Source: a virus
Lineage: Duplodnaviria > Caudoviricetes
Direction: 5' to 3' (one strand)
DNA: 64,000 nucleotides
IMG/VR virus record: IMGVR_UViG_3300029983_000020
Location: 2,209-66,208 of that record
Made by a program: the position numbers and the translations under genes. This document shows, piece after piece, positions 9,934 to 20,439 of this stretch. Numbering within the stretch: position 1 is the first letter of the stretch; the number at the start of each line of letters is the position of its first letter. The notes beneath the pieces were generated by a model. It did no database searches, had not been told where the DNA came from, and saw nothing but the letters and a program-made list of their open reading frames with translations.

Positions 9934-12900
9934 TTATTTTTCTGTTAAAGTTAATGATGCAAAATATGAAAAATTTCCAGATTTTGGGATATCTATGTTA
10001 TACAAATATTCATTATTAACATAAGATAACTGACCATTAAAATTTTGTTTACTAAGAGCAAAATCACTATCATTAACTAAATGTAATAAAGTGCCATCAA
10101 ACGGCTTGATATAATACTTCAAAACAATTTTTGGTTGGCTAATATTATAATATCCCAGTATCGTAGTTTTTATGTAATTAGAAATGGCGATATTTGAATT
10201 ATTGAAACTTGCCCAATTTGATATAAACATAGAGTTAGTTTTAAACAATGATAATATTGCTCTTGATATATTAAGTGATATTAGTATATTCGAGTTGGTT
10301 GATGTATATGATGCTGTAGTTATGTCCCATTTTTCTAATGTAATATCATTTGGTAATTTAGGAAGTTTAGAACCAAAGAAAGATGATAATTCATTAGCAC
10401 TTTCATAGCCATTTACTAACAAATTATCCTTTGTGTAATAATTAGCATCCCATTGTGATTTAAATACATTGTAATTCGGAACAAACGATATAGCGTTTCC
10501 GGCTGATACATCAGTACCTGATACAGTAGTAACTACTTTATTATACCAAAGTTGCGGAATATTATTATATGCTCTTAAATTTGTATTGCTAAATGTAAAA
10601 TCCTTTTCTACAGTATTGATTAAAGCTGCGTTTTCATTCGATTTAAATTCTAAAATATTGTTAAATTTTGGCTTAAACCAACCATTATATGTTGTCATAC
10701 TTGCGTATGTTCTTGGCTGATTAATTGATACAGAAAGCGGGTTAACTACACTGCCAAAGCTTAAACTTGTAATTATTTCATCACCTCTTAAAATATAATA
10801 CATTATATATGATCTTGATGTTTGAAGCAAGTATTGTAATGTATTATAATTTGTAGTGTTATTAACATACATGTTAGTATTTTCATTGTATTTATATCCC
10901 GAATTTACGACATAATCTCCGAATGTATTCGCGTTTTGCTTATATTCATAATCAATGTATTGTGCAAATGTCTCAAAAGATCTTGTATTATCAAGCAAAA
11001 AAACATCTCCGATAATAGTGTTTTCGCCAAAAGCATGAAATGTAGATTTAAATAAATTAAGATTGTTATTGAATTGAGCATAAGGTCTTGTCATACTTGT
11101 GAAGTATGATGAAGGCATTCCATATACAGACTCTAAAGTCTTTTGAATAGTAGAGTTATTGACAATAAAGGGCGTCTTCACAAATGAATATTCTGGAGGG
11201 GTACCCTTTCCTGTAATAAATCCATAATCGTCTCCGTCTAATAAACCCTTGCCTGGTAAAAATGACGAATACCTCATAGAATAATTGAGCTCATCATTGC
11301 CTTGATACCAAACCATTAGAATAGTTTTTGTATTTTCGTTAACGATAAAATCTATCGGTCTATTTGAATTTTTATTTTTTGAAGGAGTCGATATAAATGA
11401 AAATTTAAATCTATTATAATTTTTAATGTCAATTCCAGTAGATGCTATACTTTCAACTCTAATTGAAAGACTTAATCCAAGTAAAATAACATCAATACTA
11501 TTTTTATATGCGTTGTAATAACAAATTGATGATCTAGATTTAGTAGATTCTATGTTGTAATTTGTGTATATTAATTTTGAGAAATAATCATTGTATGGAT
11601 TAGCCAACATAGCTTCTTTTATAGTTGAATATGTAGAACCATCTTCGATTACATCATTTACATCATAAAATATATAATCTTCCCATGATCTTCCGCCCGG
11701 AGATAAATACTTAAATGAAGGATATGAAATTTCTTGATTATACGCAGTTGTTGTAGGAATAAAATTGGTGCTTCCATTTACGAATAATCTTAATGGATTG
11801 TTCCTGGCGTCATTTCCAAGACCTACCCATTTAGAGATTAAAGGAACTATTAAACCGTGTTTTAGAAGTGAACTCGAATCATAGTAATTACCGAGAGATA
11901 CATCAGAGTTACCGTTAGATACATCATAATTATATGAACCATCTAATACAGCGTAAGTTATAAATGTCGGTGTAGTGGCGGCCAAAATTAAACTAGCATC
12001 AAAGGTATTCATTAAAGAACCTGCCGAATATCCTGTATAATAATCCTTTTGATATGCTATTCCATCTCCTTGACTAATGACAAATGAGCCTTTAACTGTC
12101 ATAGCCACAGATGAATCTGCACCTACAAACATACTATATGTACTTATATCATTTTGCCTACTATAACTATACTCATTAGTTACTCCCAATACCGGATCAT
12201 TAACAGTAAAATCAATATCTTTTACTTGATTTATTCCCATTAATGAAATGTTTACAGGATATATGTTATAAGCATTAAACAAATCACGTAGTAATAAAAT
12301 TTCATCAGATGTCATTATTAATACATTATCTTCTAAACTAAATGGGTCTTGAACATACTGATATGTGTTAACTCCTACTTTGAAATTAACAATACTTTTA
12401 TACCAGCCAGCAAGATTTTGATATAATGTAGGTGTTTCAAATTTATCAAGAATATTGTTTATAGCTGCCACGCTATAAAAATTATTCAATCCTCTATTTA
12501 AGAATGAAACTGAAATACTTTGACGGTTTCCAAAAAATTCAAAATCTATTGGCCCATAAGTTGAATCATATTCGATAGTTAATAAATCTGATAGGATAGG
12601 TGTAAATCTGCCAAAGAATGTTATGTCACTTGCTAAAGCTGCATTATTAAAGCCTGATAAACTGTCATTTAGATCATTTAACGTAGATGCAGTGATTCGT
12701 TGAAATACCCATCTATCATCAAAATTAGCGTTTTCATTTAAAATCAAAGATAACCAATCATTTCCTCGAATTCCGACATAAAATTGGCTTGTTTCATATT
12801 TCGTGAATCTTTCGAATGCCTTTTCAATTTCCCTTAATTGGAATTGTATGTCACCATTTACATTAAAGAATGTTCTGTAAACTATGGGTCTTCCGTTTGA

Positions 12901-14604
12901 TGAATCCGTTACAGAACAATTTGGAACACATTTATAACTACTAGCATCTATGCCATAAACTTCCCATATTGTGTTTGATGTTTTATTGATAATTCTTAGG
13001 TGTTCTCCCTGTTCTAATGCGGTATTAAGGGTAAAACTTATAAATGGATTACCATTATTTTTTATAACTGGTGAACTAAAAATATTTTGATTAGGCTTAT
13101 TTACATATTCATTAAATGTAGTCCCATCAACCTGGGCATTATTCGTAAAACGTTTTAATTGAACATCATCATTAACAACGAATAGTCTTGTTTTGAATTC
13201 ATCTGCTATCGTTCCGTCAACATTAAAAATTTCTGAATTTAAAAATAAACTACTGTCCTTCCCATCCATTGATAAAATAGATACTGGAGAACTTTCATTT
13301 TCAGCATAATAAGCTATCTTGTATAAAATATTTTCGGTTAAATAAAGTCCGAAGTAACGGTTCATTGAATATAAACTAACATCTTCATCACTAAAAATGA
13401 AATTCATGTTAATTAAATTAGGGCATAACAAGTTATTTCTTTCAAATCCTTGAGATACAAATGCATTTAAATCTGTAAAATTATCGGCGGCTTGATTAAA
13501 GAAATATGTAGTTTCTGAACGACCCGTCATGACTCCTTTATCGACTGCCATGCCATACCAAGTATTTGGGTCAGATTCGATTTGAGCTGGGTCTGTTAAT
13601 GATAAGAAAACCGGTGCTTGTAATTTTACAACGTCGTTAAGATGTGTTGTCAAATATTTTCCAAGTGGAGCTTCGGATTTCATACTCCAGCTTCGTATGA
13701 TATTGCTATCTTCTAAATATTTAAACACTAAATTGCTTAACGAATCGGTTGTATACGTCTCAGGATTATAAACACCACTTAATCTAAAAGCAGCAAAATA
13801 ATCTGGAAGTTTTGAATTAATCCAAAGTGGAGCAAGTATGCCATTATCTTCAGCATATAATTCATCTTCTAATAATTTAGCACCATAATTATATGTAGTG
13901 TCATATTGATCTGATAAATTTGTTTTGGGAATACTTATATTAAGAGTATTTTCATCACTTACTCTATACAATTCTCCCAAGGGAAGTGATGAAAAAGTTC
14001 TTCTGATATCACTTGATAGAATGCTATTTGCCGATACTTGTTGTTTTCTATATTTCTTATTTGATAATATGTCAGAAATTTTAAATGTATCAAGATACAT
14101 ATTTTCGCTAGTATCTACATTCAAAGTTATATTTCCAGTGAATTTGGGATTAGAACGTATCAACATATAAGAAGCTTCATCATCTATAAGAGCATCATCT
14201 ATAGGGTACGTGTTTATGTTTCCTTTTTCTATAATGTATGGTCTGTTTAATACATTAATTACTCCTTGTTCTTGATATGATGAAAAATCAGACACATCAT
14301 AAATATCAAATCTTAATATTTGGTCGAAATTATAATTCAACGGGTTATAAATATGAAAACACGCTGGGTCTAGTGTAGCATTTAAATGTACACAAAATTC
14401 TGGTGTAGGATTAAGAGGATCGTAACTTCTAATATCTAATCCGTTAACATACAATGTTCCTGGTGCTGGTAATTCAGCATATGTCGTATTAGGAATTATC
14501 CAGAAGTCTTCTCCAGGAGCTCCATCATACGTATATTGCAAAAATGCCTCAGGATTTTTAGAAGTTAAGACTACTGTATTATTGAAATTTTTAATAAAAC
14601 CCAT
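9934..14604 (-). CDS. Large virion structural protein (baseplate/tail)
   Basis: 1556 aa, N/S/Y/T-rich, many D-x-S motifs, within the structural operon. Confidence 0.6.
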   Translation of the reverse strand: MGFIKNFNNTVVLTSKNPEAFLQYTYDGAPGEDFWIIPNTTYAELPAPGTLYVNGLDIRSYDPLNPTPEFCVHLNATLDPACFHIYNPLNYNFDQILRFDIYDVSDFSSYQEQGVINVLNRPYIIEKGNINTYPIDDALIDDEASYMLIRSNPKFTGNITLNVDTSENMYLDTFKISDILSNKKYRKQQVSANSILSSDIRRTFSSLPLGELYRVSDENTLNISIPKTNLSDQYDTTYNYGAKLLEDELYAEDNGILAPLWINSKLPDYFAAFRLSGVYNPETYTTDSLSNLVFKYLEDSNIIRSWSMKSEAPLGKYLTTHLNDVVKLQAPVFLSLTDPAQIESDPNTWYGMAVDKGVMTGRSETTYFFNQAADNFTDLNAFVSQGFERNNLLCPNLINMNFIFSDEDVSLYSMNRYFGLYLTENILYKIAYYAENESSPVSILSMDGKDSSLFLNSEIFNVDGTIADEFKTRLFVVNDDVQLKRFTNNAQVDGTTFNEYVNKPNQNIFSSPVIKNNGNPFISFTLNTALEQGEHLRIINKTSNTIWEVYGIDASSYKCVPNCSVTDSSNGRPIVYRTFFNVNGDIQFQLREIEKAFERFTKYETSQFYVGIRGNDWLSLILNENANFDDRWVFQRITASTLNDLNDSLSGFNNAALASDITFFGRFTPILSDLLTIEYDSTYGPIDFEFFGNRQSISVSFLNRGLNNFYSVAAINNILDKFETPTLYQNLAGWYKSIVNFKVGVNTYQYVQDPFSLEDNVLIMTSDEILLLRDLFNAYNIYPVNISLMGINQVKDIDFTVNDPVLGVTNEYSYSRQNDISTYSMFVGADSSVAMTVKGSFVISQGDGIAYQKDYYTGYSAGSLMNTFDASLILAATTPTFITYAVLDGSYNYDVSNGNSDVSLGNYYDSSSLLKHGLIVPLISKWVGLGNDARNNPLRLFVNGSTNFIPTTTAYNQEISYPSFKYLSPGGRSWEDYIFYDVNDVIEDGSTYSTIKEAMLANPYNDYFSKLIYTNYNIESTKSRSSICYYNAYKNSIDVILLGLSLSIRVESIASTGIDIKNYNRFKFSFISTPSKNKNSNRPIDFIVNENTKTILMVWYQGNDELNYSMRYSSFLPGKGLLDGDDYGFITGKGTPPEYSFVKTPFIVNNSTIQKTLESVYGMPSSYFTSMTRPYAQFNNNLNLFKSTFHAFGENTIIGDVFLLDNTRSFETFAQYIDYEYKQNANTFGDYVVNSGYKYNENTNMYVNNTTNYNTLQYLLQTSRSYIMYYILRGDEIITSLSFGSVVNPLSVSINQPRTYASMTTYNGWFKPKFNNILEFKSNENAALINTVEKDFTFSNTNLRAYNNIPQLWYNKVVTTVSGTDVSAGNAISFVPNYNVFKSQWDANYYTKDNLLVNGYESANELSSFFGSKLPKLPNDITLEKWDITTASYTSTNSNILISLNISRAILSLFKTNSMFISNWASFNNSNIAISNYIKTTILGYYNISQPKIVLKYYIKPFDGTLLHLVNDSDFALSKQNFNGQLSYVNNEYLYNIDIPKSGNFSYFASLTLTEK

Positions 14605-14615
14605 TTCTAATTTTT

Positions 14616-16913
14616 TTAAATTATTATGTCGGCAACAAATCTTTCATATACAGATGGATCTGCATTTACCATTGCTTGTAAAAGTTGTTGAAGTGTTCCA
14701 GTTATTTGCCCATAAGTACTAACAGCTCCTGTGGGTTTAGCTACTGTAATAAAACTATAAGCTGCTATATTATCTATCTGAGATTGTAAATCTGTTGTTT
14801 TGACATTATTAATTACACCTGCGGAATTCTTTGATTTAAGGTCAAACGCTAAATTAGCAGCTTGATGTTTGAAATATGTACCTGTTCCCGAATTTGGGTT
14901 AGGAACACTGTCTGCCAAGTGAGTGGGAACTCCGGCGGAAGACATAGTTTCATCTAATTTAAGTGTAGTTGCTTCAGCTGCAGCGTCTGCCAAAATATTT
15001 GAAATTTGATTAGAGCCTTCAATGTTTGCAGGAAAATCTATAATTACTGTTGGTGACCATTCAGATTTTACTGGATTTGTTGGCCAACCGGCTTCACTTA
15101 AAGAACGAATTTTTATTTCAACCTTTTCACCCTTAGATATTGCAATGTCTATTTGATTTATGTTATTTACATCACCATCTCCTATATTTTCTGCTTTCCA
15201 AACATATGTGTTTGATGAAACGTCAAATACTTTTTCTTTAACTTTAGTAGATTTTATTTCCCAATCAGTATAAGTTCCTCTTACTGCTTGTCCAGTACTT
15301 GCATCAGTATAAATGTAAGTATTTAAAGCTACTCCAGTATTATCGAGTTTTAAATATCTATATGCATATTCAAATTGAATAATTTCCTGTGCTGGAGAAC
15401 CCTTTGGATTAGGAATTGGAAAAAATCCACGAATTCTATATATTGCATCAGATGTAACTGCAGAATTTTCATATGCTACTGTAGCTAATGATCTAACCAA
15501 AGATTGGTATTCTATAGTTTTCTTTGAAAGATCGTTAATATTTGCAGTTATTTTTGCATTTAAATCTGACCTTGAGCCAACATCTGTAAGTTCGGTTAAT
15601 TGTGCTTTTTGTTGCGATATGGTATTTTTTAAACTATTAATAATAGTTTTTGTGGATTCTATTTGAGTTTGTGTATTTTTAATAGATTCAGTATCTAGCG
15701 CAGCGTTCATTTGAGTATTCAATTGTTTAACTGCAAAATTAGAAGCCGAGAAAACAGGAGCATCTGGAGTTACACCAAAGTATGCAGGAATGTATTTTTC
15801 CTTTGCTTGACCCTCTAATTGTCTTCCAAAATCCGAAACATATTTTTTATAATATTCATCTAGATTCATTGTGCTATTTGTTAACACAAGATTATTTGAA
15901 TAAAATGGAATGCCATAACTCCAATTGTCTCCTATGATATTAAAATCATCATTAACACCCTTTAAGAAAATAACATTGCATTCATCATATCCTACAGGAA
16001 TATCTAATAACTTAGTAGAAAAAGGAGCATTGTAAATTTCAAATGTGTTGTTAATCGTAGGATGGTCTGCTCCAACTGAAGGAATTACATGAATTCGTTT
16101 TTCATTAACTTGGATATCATCTATTTTCCATATTGAATTTGCATAACGTAAAGTATCTCCAATTGAAAGTTGATTATTTTTAACCGTAGGAGAATCTGAT
16201 GTCACTCCATAATTCATTGTATCAAGATAATACCACTCTTTTGATGCTAATGTTTGTTTATTTGTTATTACAAAATATCCAGTATAAGGTTCAGTATATA
16301 AAGGAAGCTCTACTAAATCTTCATCTTCCCAAAATTTCTTATGATTCTCATTAAGATATGTAATAGTTTCATAATATGTTCTATCAAAAGGATATACGTT
16401 ATCTAAAAACCATTGGGTTTCATTATCATCAAAGTTATCAAATATAACTCTTTTAGCAACTGCTCTATCTGAACGATCATCTATTTTTCCTTTTAAATCA
16501 AATGTGACAATAAGTTGCGGAAACATCATCGATTCAAAAAACCAATTACTACGAGTTTTAAATTTGGTAGGAGGAAGAACACCCGATATTATTCCTGGAG
16601 AAATAGCAACAGGTTGAGTTAGTATTTGACGATAAGTTCCATCATTTAAAAGAACAAGGCCCTCACCTTTTACAAAAACATCAACTGTTTGATTTGTCGC
16701 GTTAACTTTGTTAATCATACTATTGTAAGATGGAAAAGAATACGTTACTGTAGATGCGTCTCCTGTAATAGGATTCATTTGTTCTACTGATAAAGTTACT
16801 GTATCATCTTGAGTTGTTATGCTTTTATTAAGTGCAATAACATTTGATAAAGCAATGTTCACTTGATTTGCAAGCAAATCAACTGTTTCTGTAAATGAAT
16901 TTACGTTTGACAT
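14616..16913 (-). CDS. Virion structural protein with central coiled coil
   Basis: 765 aa; heptad segment TESIKNTQTQIESTKTIINSLKNTISQQKAQL; FN3-like KVEIKIRSLSEAGWP...SEWS near the C-terminus. Confidence 0.55.
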   Translation of the reverse strand: MSNVNSFTETVDLLANQVNIALSNVIALNKSITTQDDTVTLSVEQMNPITGDASTVTYSFPSYNSMINKVNATNQTVDVFVKGEGLVLLNDGTYRQILTQPVAISPGIISGVLPPTKFKTRSNWFFESMMFPQLIVTFDLKGKIDDRSDRAVAKRVIFDNFDDNETQWFLDNVYPFDRTYYETITYLNENHKKFWEDEDLVELPLYTEPYTGYFVITNKQTLASKEWYYLDTMNYGVTSDSPTVKNNQLSIGDTLRYANSIWKIDDIQVNEKRIHVIPSVGADHPTINNTFEIYNAPFSTKLLDIPVGYDECNVIFLKGVNDDFNIIGDNWSYGIPFYSNNLVLTNSTMNLDEYYKKYVSDFGRQLEGQAKEKYIPAYFGVTPDAPVFSASNFAVKQLNTQMNAALDTESIKNTQTQIESTKTIINSLKNTISQQKAQLTELTDVGSRSDLNAKITANINDLSKKTIEYQSLVRSLATVAYENSAVTSDAIYRIRGFFPIPNPKGSPAQEIIQFEYAYRYLKLDNTGVALNTYIYTDASTGQAVRGTYTDWEIKSTKVKEKVFDVSSNTYVWKAENIGDGDVNNINQIDIAISKGEKVEIKIRSLSEAGWPTNPVKSEWSPTVIIDFPANIEGSNQISNILADAAAEATTLKLDETMSSAGVPTHLADSVPNPNSGTGTYFKHQAANLAFDLKSKNSAGVINNVKTTDLQSQIDNIAAYSFITVAKPTGAVSTYGQITGTLQQLLQAMVNADPSVYERFVADIII

Positions 16914-16932
16914 ATAATATTTTTGTTATTTT

Positions 16933-19635
16933 TTATAAAGTTGGGTCATTCCATAATGATCCTGTTTTGTATCCTATACTTCCATCTGGGTAAAATTTAA
17001 ACATTACCTTTGTTCCATATCTTAAGACTAACGCATGCCCAGTACAAGGTTCGAATACCCATGTATCTGTTCCAAATGATCCTGAAAATTGAGGATTAAC
17101 AAGAGGTGCTTTTGCCGAATCTAATTGTTGAATAGAAGAATCTATGTTAGCTAAAGACGCATTCATTATGCCTATAGAAGAATTCATTGATCTGGAAATC
17201 GTATTTAAATTTCCGACGCTAACTTCAATAAGTCCTATAGAAACATTCATTTTATTAGATTGTGTATTAATGTTTCCGATACTAGCTTCAATGGATATAA
17301 TTGAAGCTAAAGAAGCATCCTTAGAATAATAAAGTTGTCCCGTGGATGGATTTAAATGAACGACGTAATTAGATGCAAATGGCACGATTCCTCCCATGAA
17401 AATTGCATTTGTAGATGCCATTCCAATAAAAATTTGACCATAAGAAGCCGCCCCCATATTTCCGTGACCTGCTTCAATATGAACATCACCACCACCACCG
17501 GCTGTATTACTTCCAGCTTGTAAAATTAAATTACCTCCTGCTCCCGCAGCAGCATAATCTCCTGCAGTTATCTGCAGTTTAACTCCATAATTTCCAGCAG
17601 GTTTAAGAACATTCGATGAAAAAGTTAATCCTGCTTCTGATGAAATTGTGCCATCTGTATTAGCAGTAACAATATAATTATCTGTATGCCCACCAGTCCA
17701 AGTTATTCCAGCTGGTCCTCCACCACCTGATGGAGCTAGTGCATATGTTAATTTTTTTGTTGTCGGATCATAATAAACTGTGTATCCGGTTGAAGCATTT
17801 TTTATATCTCCGAAAAATACATTATTCGATGTGTCTATTTTTAATCCGTAACTTGAATTTCCTGTAAAGAAATTTATTTCCCTGAAATTTGTCGAACTTC
17901 CTAATTGAAGAGGCGAACCATAACCGAGTAGCACATTTCCAGAAGCATCTTTTATAGAGTTTTCTATAATAATTTCTTTTGTTTTAAGTGTTTTGTCCAT
18001 TTGAATAGGATATTGCGGAGTATTTGTAAAAAACCCCACATTTCCGTCCTTCATATAAATAGAAGATTCTACTAATGGGTCACTTCCTGCTGAAAACATA
18101 GTAATTACATTTTCAGTCCCTTGAATTTCTTTAGTTACATTATTAACTACAGTTGTTAGACTAGCTACTTGATTAATTAAATTAGTTTGATTGCTAGTTA
18201 TATCTAAATACTGTTCTGTTATATAAGATAATGTTCCTGTTTGCCCGTTTAGAATTGCAAGTGTTTTACTTAGACTATCAAATACTTGAGTAAAATCATC
18301 AATAACTAATTGAGATGATGATGCATTATCTACTATAATAGCTGCTGTATCATCCAACATGTAATCAGATTTTACATTAAGTCTAAATGAATAAGATGTG
18401 CCGAAACCTGAAGGACCACTTTGCAATTTAGTAATAGATGGAATGGATATTTCGGAAATAGGGTAATCTGAAGTATTTCCGCTTGGCGCATCTAAAAATA
18501 AAACGCCTAAAAGATTTGTTGCTAAAATTGTGTCTAACGCTTTATTATAAACAGAATAATAAATAAGTACTGCATTAAAATCAAATTGATCATCCTCTGC
18601 ATATTTAATTGCTAAAGAATCAAATGAGAAATTAGAATCAGTATCTTTAAAAATTGATTTAAGCTTATTAATATCATATTCAATTGCCAAGCAATCGACC
18701 TTTGAACGTAAGAATTCAATATCTACTGTGTCATATTTTAATTTGACATTATATATTCCAGAAGAAAGATAAGCATCAGTATCAGTATAATAATTATTGT
18801 CACTTGTTAATGGGAGACCTTCTGCAGTCCACCACCAACCAGTCGTATAAGATCCTACGCTATTATCATATTTCATTGCATTTGCTCCGACAGCAGTGCT
18901 AGAATCTGCTAAATCATAATATGCCTTATAATCTAAACCGTCTGGGTGAGGTTGTAAATAAGTTTCTCTACCTAAAATATTCGTATTTCCATTTAAAATA
19001 GACATTCCATGATGATAATTATCATCAATTAATTGTTTGAAATATACGGGTGTTTGACCAAATGATGTAGGTACTAAAACGTAAGTTTCATTATATGTCC
19101 CAAACGTGTTAGTTCTTACGGACCCGGCGCTTATTTGCCCAATACATTTTACAATAGAGTTATATCCAGATGATGAATCTGTATCATTTTCTTCTTTCCA
19201 ATAAGTTCCTGCTGATGTATCAAATTTATTCCATCTAATAGCGCCTGTTTCTTTTAGCCATTTCCAAAATACTCTTTCAGTGACAGTATTTGATAAAGCT
19301 GGATTATATGTTGTTTGAGCTAATAAATTTGTTTCGAGATTTAACGCATAATTTTGAAAACTTTCAGCAATAATAACTCGTCCATCTTTTATACTTCCGC
19401 TATTTAGAAATGACTCATATGCTCCTGGGATAGCAAGAACATTAAATCTATTTTGTTGAATATTATCTGGTGGTACGTCAATTGCTGGAACATTTAATAA
19501 CGCGTAATGAGACATTTTCACAACATTATTTCTTTCATTAATGTTCAATCCAATGTCTTCAAGAGCTGAAGAAAATGTATAAATCGTGCCTCCTTGGGTA
19601 CGCATTCTTTTAACAAATGGTGTTATTGTTGCCAT
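16933..19635 (-). CDS. Tail fibre / baseplate-attached fibre protein
   Basis: Globular N-terminal half, GNVGF.T..P fibre motif, Gly-rich segment, and heptads with xAS/xVS/xSS repeats at the C-terminus. Confidence 0.6.
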   Translation of the reverse strand: MATITPFVKRMRTQGGTIYTFSSALEDIGLNINERNNVVKMSHYALLNVPAIDVPPDNIQQNRFNVLAIPGAYESFLNSGSIKDGRVIIAESFQNYALNLETNLLAQTTYNPALSNTVTERVFWKWLKETGAIRWNKFDTSAGTYWKEENDTDSSSGYNSIVKCIGQISAGSVRTNTFGTYNETYVLVPTSFGQTPVYFKQLIDDNYHHGMSILNGNTNILGRETYLQPHPDGLDYKAYYDLADSSTAVGANAMKYDNSVGSYTTGWWWTAEGLPLTSDNNYYTDTDAYLSSGIYNVKLKYDTVDIEFLRSKVDCLAIEYDINKLKSIFKDTDSNFSFDSLAIKYAEDDQFDFNAVLIYYSVYNKALDTILATNLLGVLFLDAPSGNTSDYPISEISIPSITKLQSGPSGFGTSYSFRLNVKSDYMLDDTAAIIVDNASSSQLVIDDFTQVFDSLSKTLAILNGQTGTLSYITEQYLDITSNQTNLINQVASLTTVVNNVTKEIQGTENVITMFSAGSDPLVESSIYMKDGNVGFFTNTPQYPIQMDKTLKTKEIIIENSIKDASGNVLLGYGSPLQLGSSTNFREINFFTGNSSYGLKIDTSNNVFFGDIKNASTGYTVYYDPTTKKLTYALAPSGGGGPAGITWTGGHTDNYIVTANTDGTISSEAGLTFSSNVLKPAGNYGVKLQITAGDYAAAGAGGNLILQAGSNTAGGGGDVHIEAGHGNMGAASYGQIFIGMASTNAIFMGGIVPFASNYVVHLNPSTGQLYYSKDASLASIISIEASIGNINTQSNKMNVSIGLIEVSVGNLNTISRSMNSSIGIMNASLANIDSSIQQLDSAKAPLVNPQFSGSFGTDTWVFEPCTGHALVLRYGTKVMFKFYPDGSIGYKTGSLWNDPTL

Positions 19636-19657
19636 GTTTTATTGTAATTTAATTTTA

Positions 19658-20284
19658 TTATGCTATGGTTTGTATTAATCCAAACGCTGATTCTTTTACT
19701 TTCCAAGTTGTTCCATATGATGCATCGTATGCAACTGCAATAAATTTTGCCCATCCTAAATTTTGGTCAGCAACGGCAGTTGAGTAATAATAGCCTAAAA
19801 GAGGATTTATCAAAATTTGATATGCATACGATGGATTAGAATTACTTGGGTCAAAAATAACTTGAAATTCTTGTCCCATTTTTGTACTCTTAAATGCATA
19901 TCCAAATGAATTATCTAACTTATAATACGGTTTTAATACATCTACATAACGAAATTGCGCATTTTCTAATGTACCTACTATAGAAGCATCCCTTGTAGAA
20001 GCATCAGGCCCTATAAATGTATTATAGTAATCTTGATCTATAGTATTGACATTTTCATATAAATTTGTCCATTGCTTTTTAACAGTTAAGTTATCGGCAA
20101 TTAAGTTTACAAATTCGCCTGTTCCTGCCTTTACTCTACCAGGAGTATTTACAGGAGCTATTACTACTCTTCCAGTTTCATCATAAATAACATCTAAATA
20201 TCGTTTAAATACTTTATTATTATAGTCATAAATGTATGGAAATTCTGGAATAAGTGTAGTTAAATAAAGATTTTTCAAGTCCAT
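19658..20284 (-). CDS. Hypothetical virion protein
   Basis: First gene of the leftward late operon; DAS x3, DNS, DPS. Confidence 0.5.
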   Translation of the reverse strand: MDLKNLYLTTLIPEFPYIYDYNNKVFKRYLDVIYDETGRVVIAPVNTPGRVKAGTGEFVNLIADNLTVKKQWTNLYENVNTIDQDYYNTFIGPDASTRDASIVGTLENAQFRYVDVLKPYYKLDNSFGYAFKSTKMGQEFQVIFDPSNSNPSYAYQILINPLLGYYYSTAVADQNLGWAKFIAVAYDASYGTTWKVKESAFGLIQTIA

Positions 20285-20293
20285 ATTATTTGT

Positions 20294-20308
20294 TTTGTTT
20301 TATATATC
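20294..20308 (-). promoter_or_regulatory. Putative late promoter GATATATAAAACAAA
   Basis: Identical to 1648-1662; heads the minus-strand structural operon. Confidence 0.6.
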
Positions 20309-20439
20309 TTTAATTTTTTTACAGCGGTTTTTTGATGCAAAATTGTTCTAAATATGAGAATTCAAGTATGATATATAATCTATAAATTAAACAAATTTAC
20401 TTTAATTAATCATTTATTTACTTAATAACAAAAATAACT